Assembly (NCBI GenBank): GCA_945871625.1
Contig: CAMBWL010000001.1
Span: 1 to 29,257 of the forward strand
Length of the DNA stretch: 29,257 bases
Source of the DNA: Bifidobacterium breve
GTDB taxonomy: Bacteria > Actinomycetota > Acidimicrobiia > Acidimicrobiales > Ilumatobacteraceae
Reading direction: 5' to 3'
Shown here one piece after another: positions 11,720 to 20,504 of the stretch. Position 1 is the stretch's first letter. Each line of letters opens with the position of its first letter. Below the pieces are notes generated by a model. That model was not told the origin of the DNA. It saw only the letters and a list, made by a program, of their open reading frames with translations, and searched no databases. The translations under genes and the position numbers were made by a program.

Positions 11720-12178
11720 TTATTTCTTTTTCGCCAACAGGGCTGCCACGGCATGAACGGCAAACACATATGAATCGGCGCCAAATCCGGCGATGGTACC
11801 TGAGGCAACCGGCGCGACGACACTCTCGTGACGCCAGGTTTCGCGCGTTGCAGGATTGGAAAGATGAACCTCGATGATTGGTCCGCTGAAACTTGCCAAC
11901 GCATCATGCAGGCTCCAGGCAAAGTGAGTTAGCGCGCCAGGATTGATGATTATCGCGTCGCAACTGCCTCGCGCCGAATGAATCGCGGTCACCAACTCAG
12001 CGGCACTTTGAGCGCTGACTTTTTGCGTCTCAAGACCAAACTGCTTGGCCGCATCATCCACACGTCGCATGTGGTCTTCAAGCGAATCGGTGCCGTAAAT
12101 CTCTGGTTGGCGTTGGCCGAGCAGATTCAGATTTGGACCACTAAGCACCAAGATCTTTCGCGCGTTTGTCTTAGCCAT
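11720..12178 (-). CDS. aroQ: 3-dehydroquinate dehydratase type II
   Basis: GPNLNLLGQRQPEIYG (catalytic Arg and Tyr), INPGALTH, EVHLSN. Confidence 0.95.
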   Translation of the reverse strand: MAKTNARKILVLSGPNLNLLGQRQPEIYGTDSLEDHMRRVDDAAKQFGLETQKVSAQSAAELVTAIHSARGSCDAIIINPGALTHFAWSLHDALASFSGPIIEVHLSNPATRETWRHESVVAPVASGTIAGFGADSYVFAVHAVAALLAKKK

Positions 12179-12188
12179 GGCTCTTAGA

Positions 12189-13211
12189 TTACTTCTCGTT
12201 CAGTTGCATTGCGTCAAATGCTTGATCCAGATGCTTTTCATCAACTCCGTTGACTACTTCAATACCTGATGGGCCATCTAATACGAATGTCAGCCCCGAG
12301 ACCGCCTTCTTGTCGCTGCGCATCAGGGCGACAAGATCTTTACGATTGAACTTTTCATCCGGCTTTGTTTTCAAACCATAAGTTTGACCGATTATTTTGT
12401 AGTGCTGATCGACTCGACTTTGGTCGATTCGGCCCATTGCACAGGCGACATGAGCGGCAAAAATTATGCCAACGGCCACCGCCTCACCGTGGGCAAGCGA
12501 GAAATTGCTGGATCGCTCAAGCGCGTGTGCCAACGTGTGCCCGTAATTGAGCAACGCACGTCGCCCGCTCTCACGCTCGTCGCTAGAAACAATTTCAGCT
12601 TTGATTTCTACGCAGCGAGCGATTCGGTCTGTCATCTCGAGACTTAGCAAATCGTCTCCGGTCAAGAAGTGATATTTGGCAACCTCGCCGAGACCACAGC
12701 GCATCTCACGGTCAGGCAAAGTCTTGAGTGCATCCAAATCGCAGATAACGCCACTCGGCTGCCAAAAAGCACCCACTAAATTTTTGCCCTGCTTAATATT
12801 CACACCGGTCTTGCCGCCGATTGCGGCATCGACCATGCCAACAAGTGAAGTTGCAACATGCACGACTGCGGTGCCTCGGTGCCAACTTGCGGCGGCGAAT
12901 CCGGCAACGTCAGTGACCATTCCACCCCCGACGCCAACGACGACATCATTGCGAGTCAAACCGAACTCGGCAAACTTTTGCATAAGGTTCTCTATCGTCT
13001 GCAGATTTTTGTGTTGTTCACCATTGCCAATGTTGACCGTCGTACTGTCAATCTCAAGTTTGGGAACAAAATCAACTTCTTTTTGAGTTACGACTACGGC
13101 GCGCTTCGCACTCTTGGGGATCAGCGAGTTGATCTCAGTGATCGCCCCGAAGCCGACCACCACACGATAGGAGCGCTCGCCCAACGCGACATTTATGCGT
13201 CGCCTTGACAT
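12189..13211 (-). CDS. aroB: 3-dehydroquinate synthase
   Basis: GGGMVTDVAGFAAA, TSLVGMVDAAIGGKTG, KNLVGAFWQP, LNYGHTLAHALE, HGEAV. Start set at ATG 13211 (TGATG overlap with aroK). Confidence 0.95.
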   Translation of the reverse strand: MSRRRINVALGERSYRVVVGFGAITEINSLIPKSAKRAVVVTQKEVDFVPKLEIDSTTVNIGNGEQHKNLQTIENLMQKFAEFGLTRNDVVVGVGGGMVTDVAGFAAASWHRGTAVVHVATSLVGMVDAAIGGKTGVNIKQGKNLVGAFWQPSGVICDLDALKTLPDREMRCGLGEVAKYHFLTGDDLLSLEMTDRIARCVEIKAEIVSSDERESGRRALLNYGHTLAHALERSSNFSLAHGEAVAVGIIFAAHVACAMGRIDQSRVDQHYKIIGQTYGLKTKPDEKFNRKDLVALMRSDKKAVSGLTFVLDGPSGIEVVNGVDEKHLDQAFDAMQLNEK

Positions 13212-13789
13212 CAGTTCACCACGACTTGTGCAGCCGTAAGTTCGCAAGTTTTGATGACCTGATCCACGACTTGAGAGACGTTAAAAGGTGCTGTTGCAAT
13301 TTTGTAGGTCGCGATCTGCTGATACAAACTCTCGCGATCAACGCGCATCTGGTTCAACTGTCCGATCGGGTCGGCATCAAGCAACGGTCGATGTTTGGCT
13401 CGACCGGTGCGGCCGACCAGCGTCGAAGTCGGTGCGTCCAACCACACGACGCACTTGGCGTGGTCCTTGAGTAGGGTTCGATTCTCTTGGCGAAGTATCG
13501 CTCCTCCAGCGACGGCCAAGACTGTCGGCTGGGTCAATTTGCATGCTTCGGCAAGTGCCACTGATTCAAGCCGACGAAATTCGACTTCGCCCATTTGCGC
13601 AAAAATTTCTCGAACCGAGAGTTTGACGGTCTTTTCGACAAGTTCATCCGAGTCGACAAATTTAAAATTCAATTTCTTTGCCAAGGCCCGACCAACGCTG
13701 GTTTTACCCGATCCCATCAACCCAATTAGGACGATTAAAGAGTTGGTTTGAGTTTGTGAACTAGAGGTCACTTTCAGAGCCAAACTCAA
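13211..13789 (-). CDS. aroK: Shikimate kinase
   Basis: Walker A GLMGSGKT, DSD, GEVEFRRLE, GGA, RPLL. TTG start with a TTGA overlap; exact start uncertain. Confidence 0.94.
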   Translation of the reverse strand: MSLALKVTSSSQTQTNSLIVLIGLMGSGKTSVGRALAKKLNFKFVDSDELVEKTVKLSVREIFAQMGEVEFRRLESVALAEACKLTQPTVLAVAGGAILRQENRTLLKDHAKCVVWLDAPTSTLVGRTGRAKHRPLLDADPIGQLNQMRVDRESLYQQIATYKIATAPFNVSQVVDQVIKTCELTAAQVVVN

Positions 13790-14949
13790 CTAATTCTCTT
13801 GGCGAAACTATTGAAATTGTTGACAAAGTCATCGATGCTGTCGCCTCCATAATTGCGTTGCGCTTCTTGCGCCAACACGAGGGCGACCATCGTCTCGGCA
13901 ACCACTCCCATCGCCGGCACGGCGGTAACGTCGGTTCGCTCCTTGAAACTCACCGTCTCCTGCTTGGTCACGGTGTCAACGGTCTTCAATGTTGGTCGAT
14001 TGAGAGTTGCCAGCGGTTTCATCGCCGCTCGCACAACAAGCATCTCGCCTGTTGACATGCCACCCTCTGTGCCGCCGGCCAAACTTGTTTCACGAGAATA
14101 TTTATTTTCGGCTTCGTTCCAGACAATCGCGTCATGAGCATTGCTCCCGCGTCGTGCCGAGACCTCAAAGCCGTCGCCGATCTCTACTCCCTTGACAGCC
14201 TGGATACTCATTATCGCTTGGGCCAACAAGCCATCTAGTTTTCGGTCCCAGTGCACGTAACTGCCCAAACCAACAGGCACGCCATAGGCCAACACCTCAA
14301 CGATGCCACCCAAACTGTCACCGTCTTTGGCCGCGCTCTCGACTTCGGCGATCATTTTCGCTTCGGCTTGAGAATTGAAGCACCGCACCGGCGACTCGTC
14401 GATCTGGTCGAGATCATAAATTTGTGGTCGGACAAGGTTTTCGCTGCGTGCGGTACCCAACTGCAGAACATGTGAAAACACCGAAACATTAATTTGTTTG
14501 AGCAACAATTTGGCCAAAGCACCAGCCGCAACTCGGGCGGCGGTTTCGCGGGCGCTGGCTCGCTCGAGAACATCGCGAGCGTCGTCGAAACCATATTTTT
14601 GCATACCCGTCAAATCAGCATGACCTGGTCGAGGCTGGGTCAATGGTTTTTTTGTTTTACCAGGCTCAGGAGACATCTCTTCATGCCACACGTCGCTGCG
14701 AAACCACTCACTATTCTTGATTTCAATAGCAACCGGTGAGCCAAGCGTGCGACCATGGCGAATGCCGCCCACAAGCACGATCTCGTCTTGCTCGAATTTT
14801 TGTCGGGGACCTCGCCCAAAACCCAATCGCCGCCTGGCGAGTTCGGCATTGATATCTTGCGCGGTGACTTCCAACCCTGCTGGTAGCCCTTCGACGATCA
14901 CAACAAGGGCTTGACCATGGCTTTCGCCCGCAGTTAAATAACGAAGCAT
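13786..14949 (-). CDS. aroC: Chorismate synthase
   Basis: TAGESHG, PRPGHAD, ERASARETAARVAAG, GDSLGG, GGTEGGMS, MKPLATL. Confidence 0.98.
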   Translation of the reverse strand: MLRYLTAGESHGQALVVIVEGLPAGLEVTAQDINAELARRRLGFGRGPRQKFEQDEIVLVGGIRHGRTLGSPVAIEIKNSEWFRSDVWHEEMSPEPGKTKKPLTQPRPGHADLTGMQKYGFDDARDVLERASARETAARVAAGALAKLLLKQINVSVFSHVLQLGTARSENLVRPQIYDLDQIDESPVRCFNSQAEAKMIAEVESAAKDGDSLGGIVEVLAYGVPVGLGSYVHWDRKLDGLLAQAIMSIQAVKGVEIGDGFEVSARRGSNAHDAIVWNEAENKYSRETSLAGGTEGGMSTGEMLVVRAAMKPLATLNRPTLKTVDTVTKQETVSFKERTDVTAVPAMGVVAETMVALVLAQEAQRNYGGDSIDDFVNNFNSFAKRIS

Positions 14950-14956
14950 ACTTATC

Positions 14957-14962
14957 AGGCTA
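14957..14962 (-). promoter_or_regulatory. Putative -10 hexamer TAGCCT, leaderless aroC
   Basis: TAGCCT-GATAAGT-ATG (7-nt spacing); no SD before aroC. Confidence 0.5.
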
Positions 14963-15020
14963 CCTCTGGGGTGCCGTCACTTTCGGGTCATTATTTTTCA
15001 ATCAACTATCGGCGCGAGAT

Positions 15021-15902
15021 CTAGAACGATTTGAGTGCGGCGTCGCGCATCAACTTTGTCTCGCCGCTGCGCCCCAACCAAACTTGTTGTTGAAGTGCGG
15101 CTTGATGCACGAGCATCTCTAAACCATCCACAGTTTTTGCACCAACTTTCTGTGCTGCCGCAAGTAATGGCGTGGTCAATGGTCGATACACGGCGTCGAC
15201 CACGAGATGTTTCGAGTTGATCAGTCGCGCATCAATCGGCATCGAATTCGATTCGACGCTGGCAACACCACTCGGGTCGAAACCAACTGGCGTCGTATTG
15301 ACGATGATCTGTGCCTGCCTGACCTCATCTGGCAGTTCTTTCAGTTCGATCACGCGACACGAACCACCGATCATCTGGGTCAGTACGCGAGCACGATCCA
15401 CAGTTCGATTGAACACGACAACTTCTTTTGCCCCATTCTTCAACAACGAGTAAACCACCGCACTAGCCGTGCCACCCGCACCGATCACGACAACTTGGCT
15501 CCCCGCTATTTTTACATTCGCCGTCATCTCAATTGCGTTGCAGCATCCTTGCCCGTCCGTGTTCGTGGCGAACAAAGATTTATCGGCGCGCAACATCACC
15601 GTGTTCGCTGATTTTGTCTTGCGGACTATTTCATCCACCTCGCCGATTTCTGAAACAATCCTTGCAACTTCGTTCTTGTGTGGCATCGTCACCGATAGAC
15701 CGACTATGCCCAGAGCCGGCAATGCTTCAAGTGCGCGTTGCAATTGATTTGATTCGACCAAAAATGCAAGATACAACCAGTCGATATCCAACGCACGAAA
15801 CACCGCGTTATGAATTGTCGGCGACAAACTTTGTGCCACCGGATTTCCAATGATTGCGGCCAACTTGGTGTTCGAATTTATAGTCGTTGGTTTTTGGCTC
15901 AC
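15021..15902 (-). CDS. aroE: Shikimate dehydrogenase
   Basis: GNPVAQSLSPTIHN, SVTMPHK, NTDG, GAGGTA, NTTPVG, DAVYRP, DGLEMLVHQA. Confidence 0.96.
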   Translation of the reverse strand: MSQKPTTINSNTKLAAIIGNPVAQSLSPTIHNAVFRALDIDWLYLAFLVESNQLQRALEALPALGIVGLSVTMPHKNEVARIVSEIGEVDEIVRKTKSANTVMLRADKSLFATNTDGQGCCNAIEMTANVKIAGSQVVVIGAGGTASAVVYSLLKNGAKEVVVFNRTVDRARVLTQMIGGSCRVIELKELPDEVRQAQIIVNTTPVGFDPSGVASVESNSMPIDARLINSKHLVVDAVYRPLTTPLLAAAQKVGAKTVDGLEMLVHQAALQQQVWLGRSGETKLMRDAALKSF

Positions 15903-17104
15903 GGCAAAAAACCTCCGGCTCGAGCAGCCTCAACATTTAGTTGATGATCTTCTACCGTGGCAGCAAAAGTGTGACCACCCTTGGCGTCACTCAGCACATA
16001 AAAGATGTATGCGCAGTTGGATGCTTTTTTGATTCCTTCGCAAATCGGGTCGCTCAGTGGTGGATTCGGTGCCGGATTCAACGCCGCGCGAATCGCTGCC
16101 CGACCAGGGTTGGCAATCGGAGTCGGTGGTAGTCCCTTGTACTTGTAGCTGTTGTACGGGCTGTCAAGTTCTTTCAATTCTGTGAACGAAGCACCCTCGG
16201 CGGCGTTGTAATAGAGGGTCGCATCAATCTGTAGAGGCATTCCACGTTCGAGACGGTTGTAGATCACCCTTGCGATTTTTGCCCGATCCGCTTCAAGTTT
16301 TGCCTCTCGCTCGATTAGCGACGCGATAATTAAAACTTCATACGCTGATCTTCCAACCTTGGCTTTTGACTCGTCAATTCCTTCTTGAATGCCCACGCGC
16401 TCCATCAGGCGCAACATCCGGTCAATGAGTGATGCCGAAGATTCGTCGCCCGATATTTGATAGGTGTCAGGAAACAGCAATCCCTCGAGCCGATACTCTG
16501 CTTCATCCAACCGCCCTAAATCGTTTGGACCGTAAGCCGAGATGAAATCCGGACTGTTTGCCGTCGTCAAAAAATCCTGCTCTGAAATTCGTGAAATCTT
16601 CTCTTGTATTCGCGAGGCAATCTTGGCGACCGTAAAGCCTTCGGGAAATGTAACTTTGGTGAACGTCACCGACGGACTGGTGTTGAGAATTTTCATTATG
16701 TTGCCAATATGGCTGCGAGGAGTCAACTGGTAGTAGCCCGGCTGCAGGTCGATGCCCCCCTTGCGTGCGACATACCAACGAAAAACTCCGGCGTTGACGA
16801 TGAAGCCTTCGTCTTTGAGCCGCTGACTAACCATGGCTACAGAGTCGTTTTGATTCACGGTGAAGTTCGTCGCGACCTGGACAGCACTGACGTTGGTGTC
16901 GGGAGGGTTTACCTGACGCAGATACCACAGACCACTTAGACCGAGTACCGCGACGACGATCATCACGACGCCAAGAGCGACGAATACCGTGCGCGAATCT
17001 GGTCGCCATTCCTCGCGTACCTCCTCGAACTCACCCGAGCCCCACGCATCTGGACCGTCCCATGGATCTTCCTGCCAACTTTGTTCGTCATCGTTTTGTG
17101 TCAA
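15899..17104 (-). CDS. mltG: Endolytic transglycosylase MltG (YceG family)
   Basis: One N-terminal TM segment; TFPEGF, LEGLLFPDTY, ASLIEREA (catalytic Glu), NRLERGMPLQIDAT, SPYNSYKYKGLPPTPIANPG. Confidence 0.95.
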   Translation of the reverse strand: MTQNDDEQSWQEDPWDGPDAWGSGEFEEVREEWRPDSRTVFVALGVVMIVVAVLGLSGLWYLRQVNPPDTNVSAVQVATNFTVNQNDSVAMVSQRLKDEGFIVNAGVFRWYVARKGGIDLQPGYYQLTPRSHIGNIMKILNTSPSVTFTKVTFPEGFTVAKIASRIQEKISRISEQDFLTTANSPDFISAYGPNDLGRLDEAEYRLEGLLFPDTYQISGDESSASLIDRMLRLMERVGIQEGIDESKAKVGRSAYEVLIIASLIEREAKLEADRAKIARVIYNRLERGMPLQIDATLYYNAAEGASFTELKELDSPYNSYKYKGLPPTPIANPGRAAIRAALNPAPNPPLSDPICEGIKKASNCAYIFYVLSDAKGGHTFAATVEDHQLNVEAARAGGFLP

Positions 17105-17526
17105 GGCTTGCCCCGATCCACATGGTCGAGCCAGCCTTGCAACATCACCGCGGCAGCGATCTTGTCGACAATTCGCCGACGCGCCTGCGCCTTCATGTTG
17201 GCTTTGATCATCGAGTCATTGGCAGTTTTTGAAGTGAGCCGCTCATCGTATGAATGAACCGCAACACTCAACGCGCTTTTCATTTCGATGATTTCGTCTT
17301 GGGCGCTCTTTGCCGCAGGTCCAACTTTGCCGGACATGCTCAAGGGCATGCCGACCACCACGCACTCGACAGAATGCTCATCGATCAATTCTTGGATTTT
17401 TTTATGATCTAGCGCATGATTCGACCCGCGATCAATCACCATCAACGGAGACGCGATGACGCCACTGCTGTCACTCATCGCCACACCGATCCTTTTCGAG
17501 CCAAGATCGATACCTAGGCTGCGCAT
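17101..17526 (-). CDS. ruvX: YqgF/RuvX family nuclease (pre-16S rRNA processing / putative Holliday junction resolvase)
   Basis: MRSLGIDLGSKRIGVA, VVGMPL, DERLTS, VDKIAAAVMLQ. Start at ATG 17526; the longer ORF-track version runs into alaS. Confidence 0.94.
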   Translation of the reverse strand: MRSLGIDLGSKRIGVAMSDSSGVIASPLMVIDRGSNHALDHKKIQELIDEHSVECVVVGMPLSMSGKVGPAAKSAQDEIIEMKSALSVAVHSYDERLTSKTANDSMIKANMKAQARRRIVDKIAAAVMLQGWLDHVDRGKP

Positions 17527-17533
17527 CTTTGGC

Positions 17534-20152
17534 CTAAACAATTTTTTTGGATGCCTGCACCGCCAACTGCAACGCCTGATCCAGAGCCTCGGCATTTTTT
17601 CCGCCTGCTGTGGCAATGTCACCCTTGCCGCCACCGCCGCCACCCACCATTTTTGCGGCCTCGCTGATCAACTCGCCCGCCGAAGTCTTAACTTTGCTGC
17701 CGGTCGCGGCAACCAATGCGACGCCCCCAGTCGGCGTAACTCCGCCCAACACGACGGCCTTGATTTTGCCATCGGCCCGAATTGCAATTGCTAATTCACG
17801 TAAATCGCCTGGCGACATGTCGTCAACTCGCTGAACAACAACACCGTCAACGGCCTTGCCTATAAGTTCAGCGGCACGCCCGCGAGCCGCAGCAGATCGA
17901 ATTATTTTAAGTTCATCGTTGAGTTGCTTGATTTCGGCCATTTTGCGCGTCGCAGCATCAACCAGCAAGGTTGAACTGGTATCCAAAACTTCGCTTAGTT
18001 TTCGCATTGTTCTTGCCGACTCAAGCACATAGTCAACAGCATTTTGTCCGGTTACGGCCTCGATGCGGCGCAAGTTCGAACCGATTGAACTTTCTTCAAC
18101 AACTTTGATCAGACCGATATCGCCAGTCGCCGCGACATGCGTACCACCACACAACTCGATTGAGTCACCGGCTTCGAGCACCCGCACAACATCGCCATAC
18201 TTGTCGCCAAAAAATGCGATTGCGCCGGCTTGTGTGGCCTTGTCTTTGGATGTTTCATAATTTTTTACCGCAGAATTATTCAGTACTTGCGCATTGGCGA
18301 TTCGTTCAATCTGTTCAATTTCGGCTGGTGTCAGTTGTGCATAGTGACTGAAATCAAATCGCAGGCGCTCGGCAGAAACCAGCGAACCAGCCTGCTTGAC
18401 ATGTTCGCCAAGCACCTCGCGCAATGCATAATGCAAGATGTGCGTTGCGGTGTGATTCTTGCGAGTCGCATTGCGTAGCCCCGAATCGATAGTCGCTGTA
18501 ACTTTTGCACCGACCGCGATCTCCCCGGACAAGACACCGATGTGTCTGCGTAAACCAGGCAAGGCGAAGACGGCGTCACTGACTCTTATCTCGCCCGACG
18601 AACCACGGATCACGCCGTGATCGCCGACCTGTCCACCGCTTTCTGCATAAAAAGGTGTGGTGTCTAAGAACACCTCGACTTGCGAGTCGTCGATCGGGTT
18701 AATCGCCAATACTTTTGCCTCGCACTTGGCAGATTCATAGCCGACAAATTTTGTTTGCCCGTACTGTTCGAGCACCTGGCGATATTGCACCAACATTTCA
18801 TCGGCGCCAGATGAACCCTTGCGTGCTGACTTGGCACGCGTGCGTTGCTCGTTCATTTCTATTTCGAATGCGGCAACATCGACTTCGATACTCCGCTCGC
18901 CGGCGATTTCTTGGGTCAACTCCAAAGGAAAACCATAAGTATCATGCAACACGAACGCACTTTTGCCGCTCAAAGTCGACTTCTTTTTCGATTTTTTCAT
19001 CGACGAGAATTCATCCTCAAGAATCGAAAGACCATTCTTGAGTGTCTGACGAAAACTTTCTTCTTCCTTGGTCAAAACGCCAAGAATAAAATCTTTGTTC
19101 TCTAACAGCGACGGGTGTGCCTCACGCATAACTTCTATCGCAGTCTCAACAAGTTTTGGCATGACCAACTTGTCTGTACCGAGCAGATATGCGTGGCGCA
19201 CGGCCCTACGAAAAATTCGGCGCAGAACATAACCCCGACCTTCGTTGCTGGGGAATACACCGTCATTTACGAGCATCGTCGACGACCTGGCGTGTTCGGC
19301 TAAAACTCGCAACGAGAAACTTGACCGGTCTTCGTAGTCGCCCACTATGTACTTTTTGGAAGTTGCTGATTGTGCTTGCTCGATCAGCGGATACAACACA
19401 TCGGTTTCCCAAATTGAATCTTTGCCCTGCTTCAACGCCAAGATTCGTTCGAGACCGGCCCCTGTATCGATACTTGGTTTTGGCAGTGGCATTCGCGTGC
19501 CATCTTTGTCCTGATTGAACTGCATGAAGACGAGATTCCAGAATTCCAGAAAGCGATCCCCTTTGGGATCATTCTTTGGGCCACCATCTGGGCCAAATGC
19601 CGCCCCTCGGTCGATGTGAATTTCTGAACACGGTCCGCATGGGCCAGTTTCTCCCATTTGCCAGAAGTTGTCTGCGTCACCGAGCCGTTGAATGCGATTC
19701 ATCGGCACTCCAACTTGATCGTGCCAAATTTGTTCGGCTTCATCATCGCTCTCGTGAACGGTTATCCACAGTTGATCACCGTCGAATCCAAAAACTTCGG
19801 TGACCAACTCCCAACTCCACGGAATGGCGTCGGTCTTGAAGTAATCCCCGAAACTGAAGTTGCCAAGCATCTCAAAAAATACGCAATGCCGTTTTGTGCG
19901 ACCCACGTCGTCGAGATCGTTGTGTTTTCCGCCTGCGCGCGCGCACTTCTGCACGCTCACCGCACGTTTAAACGGTGCTACTTCATCGCCAACGAAATAG
20001 GGCTTGAAGGGCACCATCCCCGCGACCGTGAACAGAATCGACGGGTCATGCGGGATCAAGCTCGCAGATTCAACTTTTGTGTGACCGCGCTGCTCAAAGA
20101 AGCCGGTGAACGACCTTCTGAGTTCGTTCGCCGTGCGAATTTCAGCCACCAT
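17534..20152 (-). CDS. alaS: Alanine--tRNA ligase
   Basis: FTVAGMVPFK, QKCAR, FFEMLGNFSFGDYFK, DTGAGLER, GRGYVLRRI, editing-domain NHTATH and ELCGGTHV, C-terminal GGGGGG motif. Confidence 0.99.
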   Translation of the reverse strand: MVAEIRTANELRRSFTGFFEQRGHTKVESASLIPHDPSILFTVAGMVPFKPYFVGDEVAPFKRAVSVQKCARAGGKHNDLDDVGRTKRHCVFFEMLGNFSFGDYFKTDAIPWSWELVTEVFGFDGDQLWITVHESDDEAEQIWHDQVGVPMNRIQRLGDADNFWQMGETGPCGPCSEIHIDRGAAFGPDGGPKNDPKGDRFLEFWNLVFMQFNQDKDGTRMPLPKPSIDTGAGLERILALKQGKDSIWETDVLYPLIEQAQSATSKKYIVGDYEDRSSFSLRVLAEHARSSTMLVNDGVFPSNEGRGYVLRRIFRRAVRHAYLLGTDKLVMPKLVETAIEVMREAHPSLLENKDFILGVLTKEEESFRQTLKNGLSILEDEFSSMKKSKKKSTLSGKSAFVLHDTYGFPLELTQEIAGERSIEVDVAAFEIEMNEQRTRAKSARKGSSGADEMLVQYRQVLEQYGQTKFVGYESAKCEAKVLAINPIDDSQVEVFLDTTPFYAESGGQVGDHGVIRGSSGEIRVSDAVFALPGLRRHIGVLSGEIAVGAKVTATIDSGLRNATRKNHTATHILHYALREVLGEHVKQAGSLVSAERLRFDFSHYAQLTPAEIEQIERIANAQVLNNSAVKNYETSKDKATQAGAIAFFGDKYGDVVRVLEAGDSIELCGGTHVAATGDIGLIKVVEESSIGSNLRRIEAVTGQNAVDYVLESARTMRKLSEVLDTSSTLLVDAATRKMAEIKQLNDELKIIRSAAARGRAAELIGKAVDGVVVQRVDDMSPGDLRELAIAIRADGKIKAVVLGGVTPTGGVALVAATGSKVKTSAGELISEAAKMVGGGGGGKGDIATAGGKNAEALDQALQLAVQASKKIV

Positions 20153-20160
20153 AAGCGACC

Positions 20161-20166
20161 AGCCTA
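20161..20166 (-). promoter_or_regulatory. Putative -10 hexamer TAGGCT, leaderless or short-leader alaS
   Basis: TAGGCT-GGTCGCTT-ATG (8-nt spacing); no SD. Confidence 0.45.
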
Positions 20167-20195
20167 CTATTCACCCTCTGACGCAAAGAGCCAGT

Positions 20196-20489
20196 TTAAT
20201 TTAACGAAACATCGCTCGGCTTGATTGCTGAGTCGAATTCGGGTGCAAACTCTGTTTGGGCGTCAAAGATCTTTTCAAGTTTGATTTCGTCGAGTGTTTC
20301 GTCGCCCGAATAAGCCCGCCAAAAACCTTGCACGTAACCTTTGACGACGGCGGATATTCCGACCAGTTTTTCAACCAGGGCATCTGTCGAAAACTGCTCC
20401 GGATTTTCTTCGCTCTTTTTCTTTAAAAACCTCAAACCCAATGTCGCGGCGATTGCTCCTACAGCCAGCCAAAAAAGGCGCTTCGTCAT
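20196..20489 (-). CDS. Small hypothetical protein with N-terminal membrane anchor (possibly DUF6167-like)
   Basis: 97 aa filling the rarA-alaS gap on the same strand, with SD-like GAGGA. KRLFWLAVGAIAATLGL is followed by KKK and an acidic tail. The family guess rests on architecture and synteny only. Confidence 0.75.
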   Translation of the reverse strand: MTKRLFWLAVGAIAATLGLRFLKKKSEENPEQFSTDALVEKLVGISAVVKGYVQGFWRAYSGDETLDEIKLEKIFDAQTEFAPEFDSAIKPSDVSLN

Positions 20490-20504
20490 GTCGTCGTCCT
20501 CGCT

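Noticed and set aside
14950-15020. 71-nt partly AT-rich aroE-aroC gap as a possible sRNA or riboswitch
   Set aside because: Too short, no stable stem found, and adequately explained as a promoter region.
17527-17643. N-terminal extension of ruvX in the ORF track
   Set aside because: It overlaps the alaS C-terminus in another frame; the YqgF fold begins at MRSLGID (ATG 17526).
17620-17650. GGC/GGT-rich low-complexity run in alaS
   Set aside because: Encodes the normal poly-Gly motif of the AlaRS C-terminal domain.
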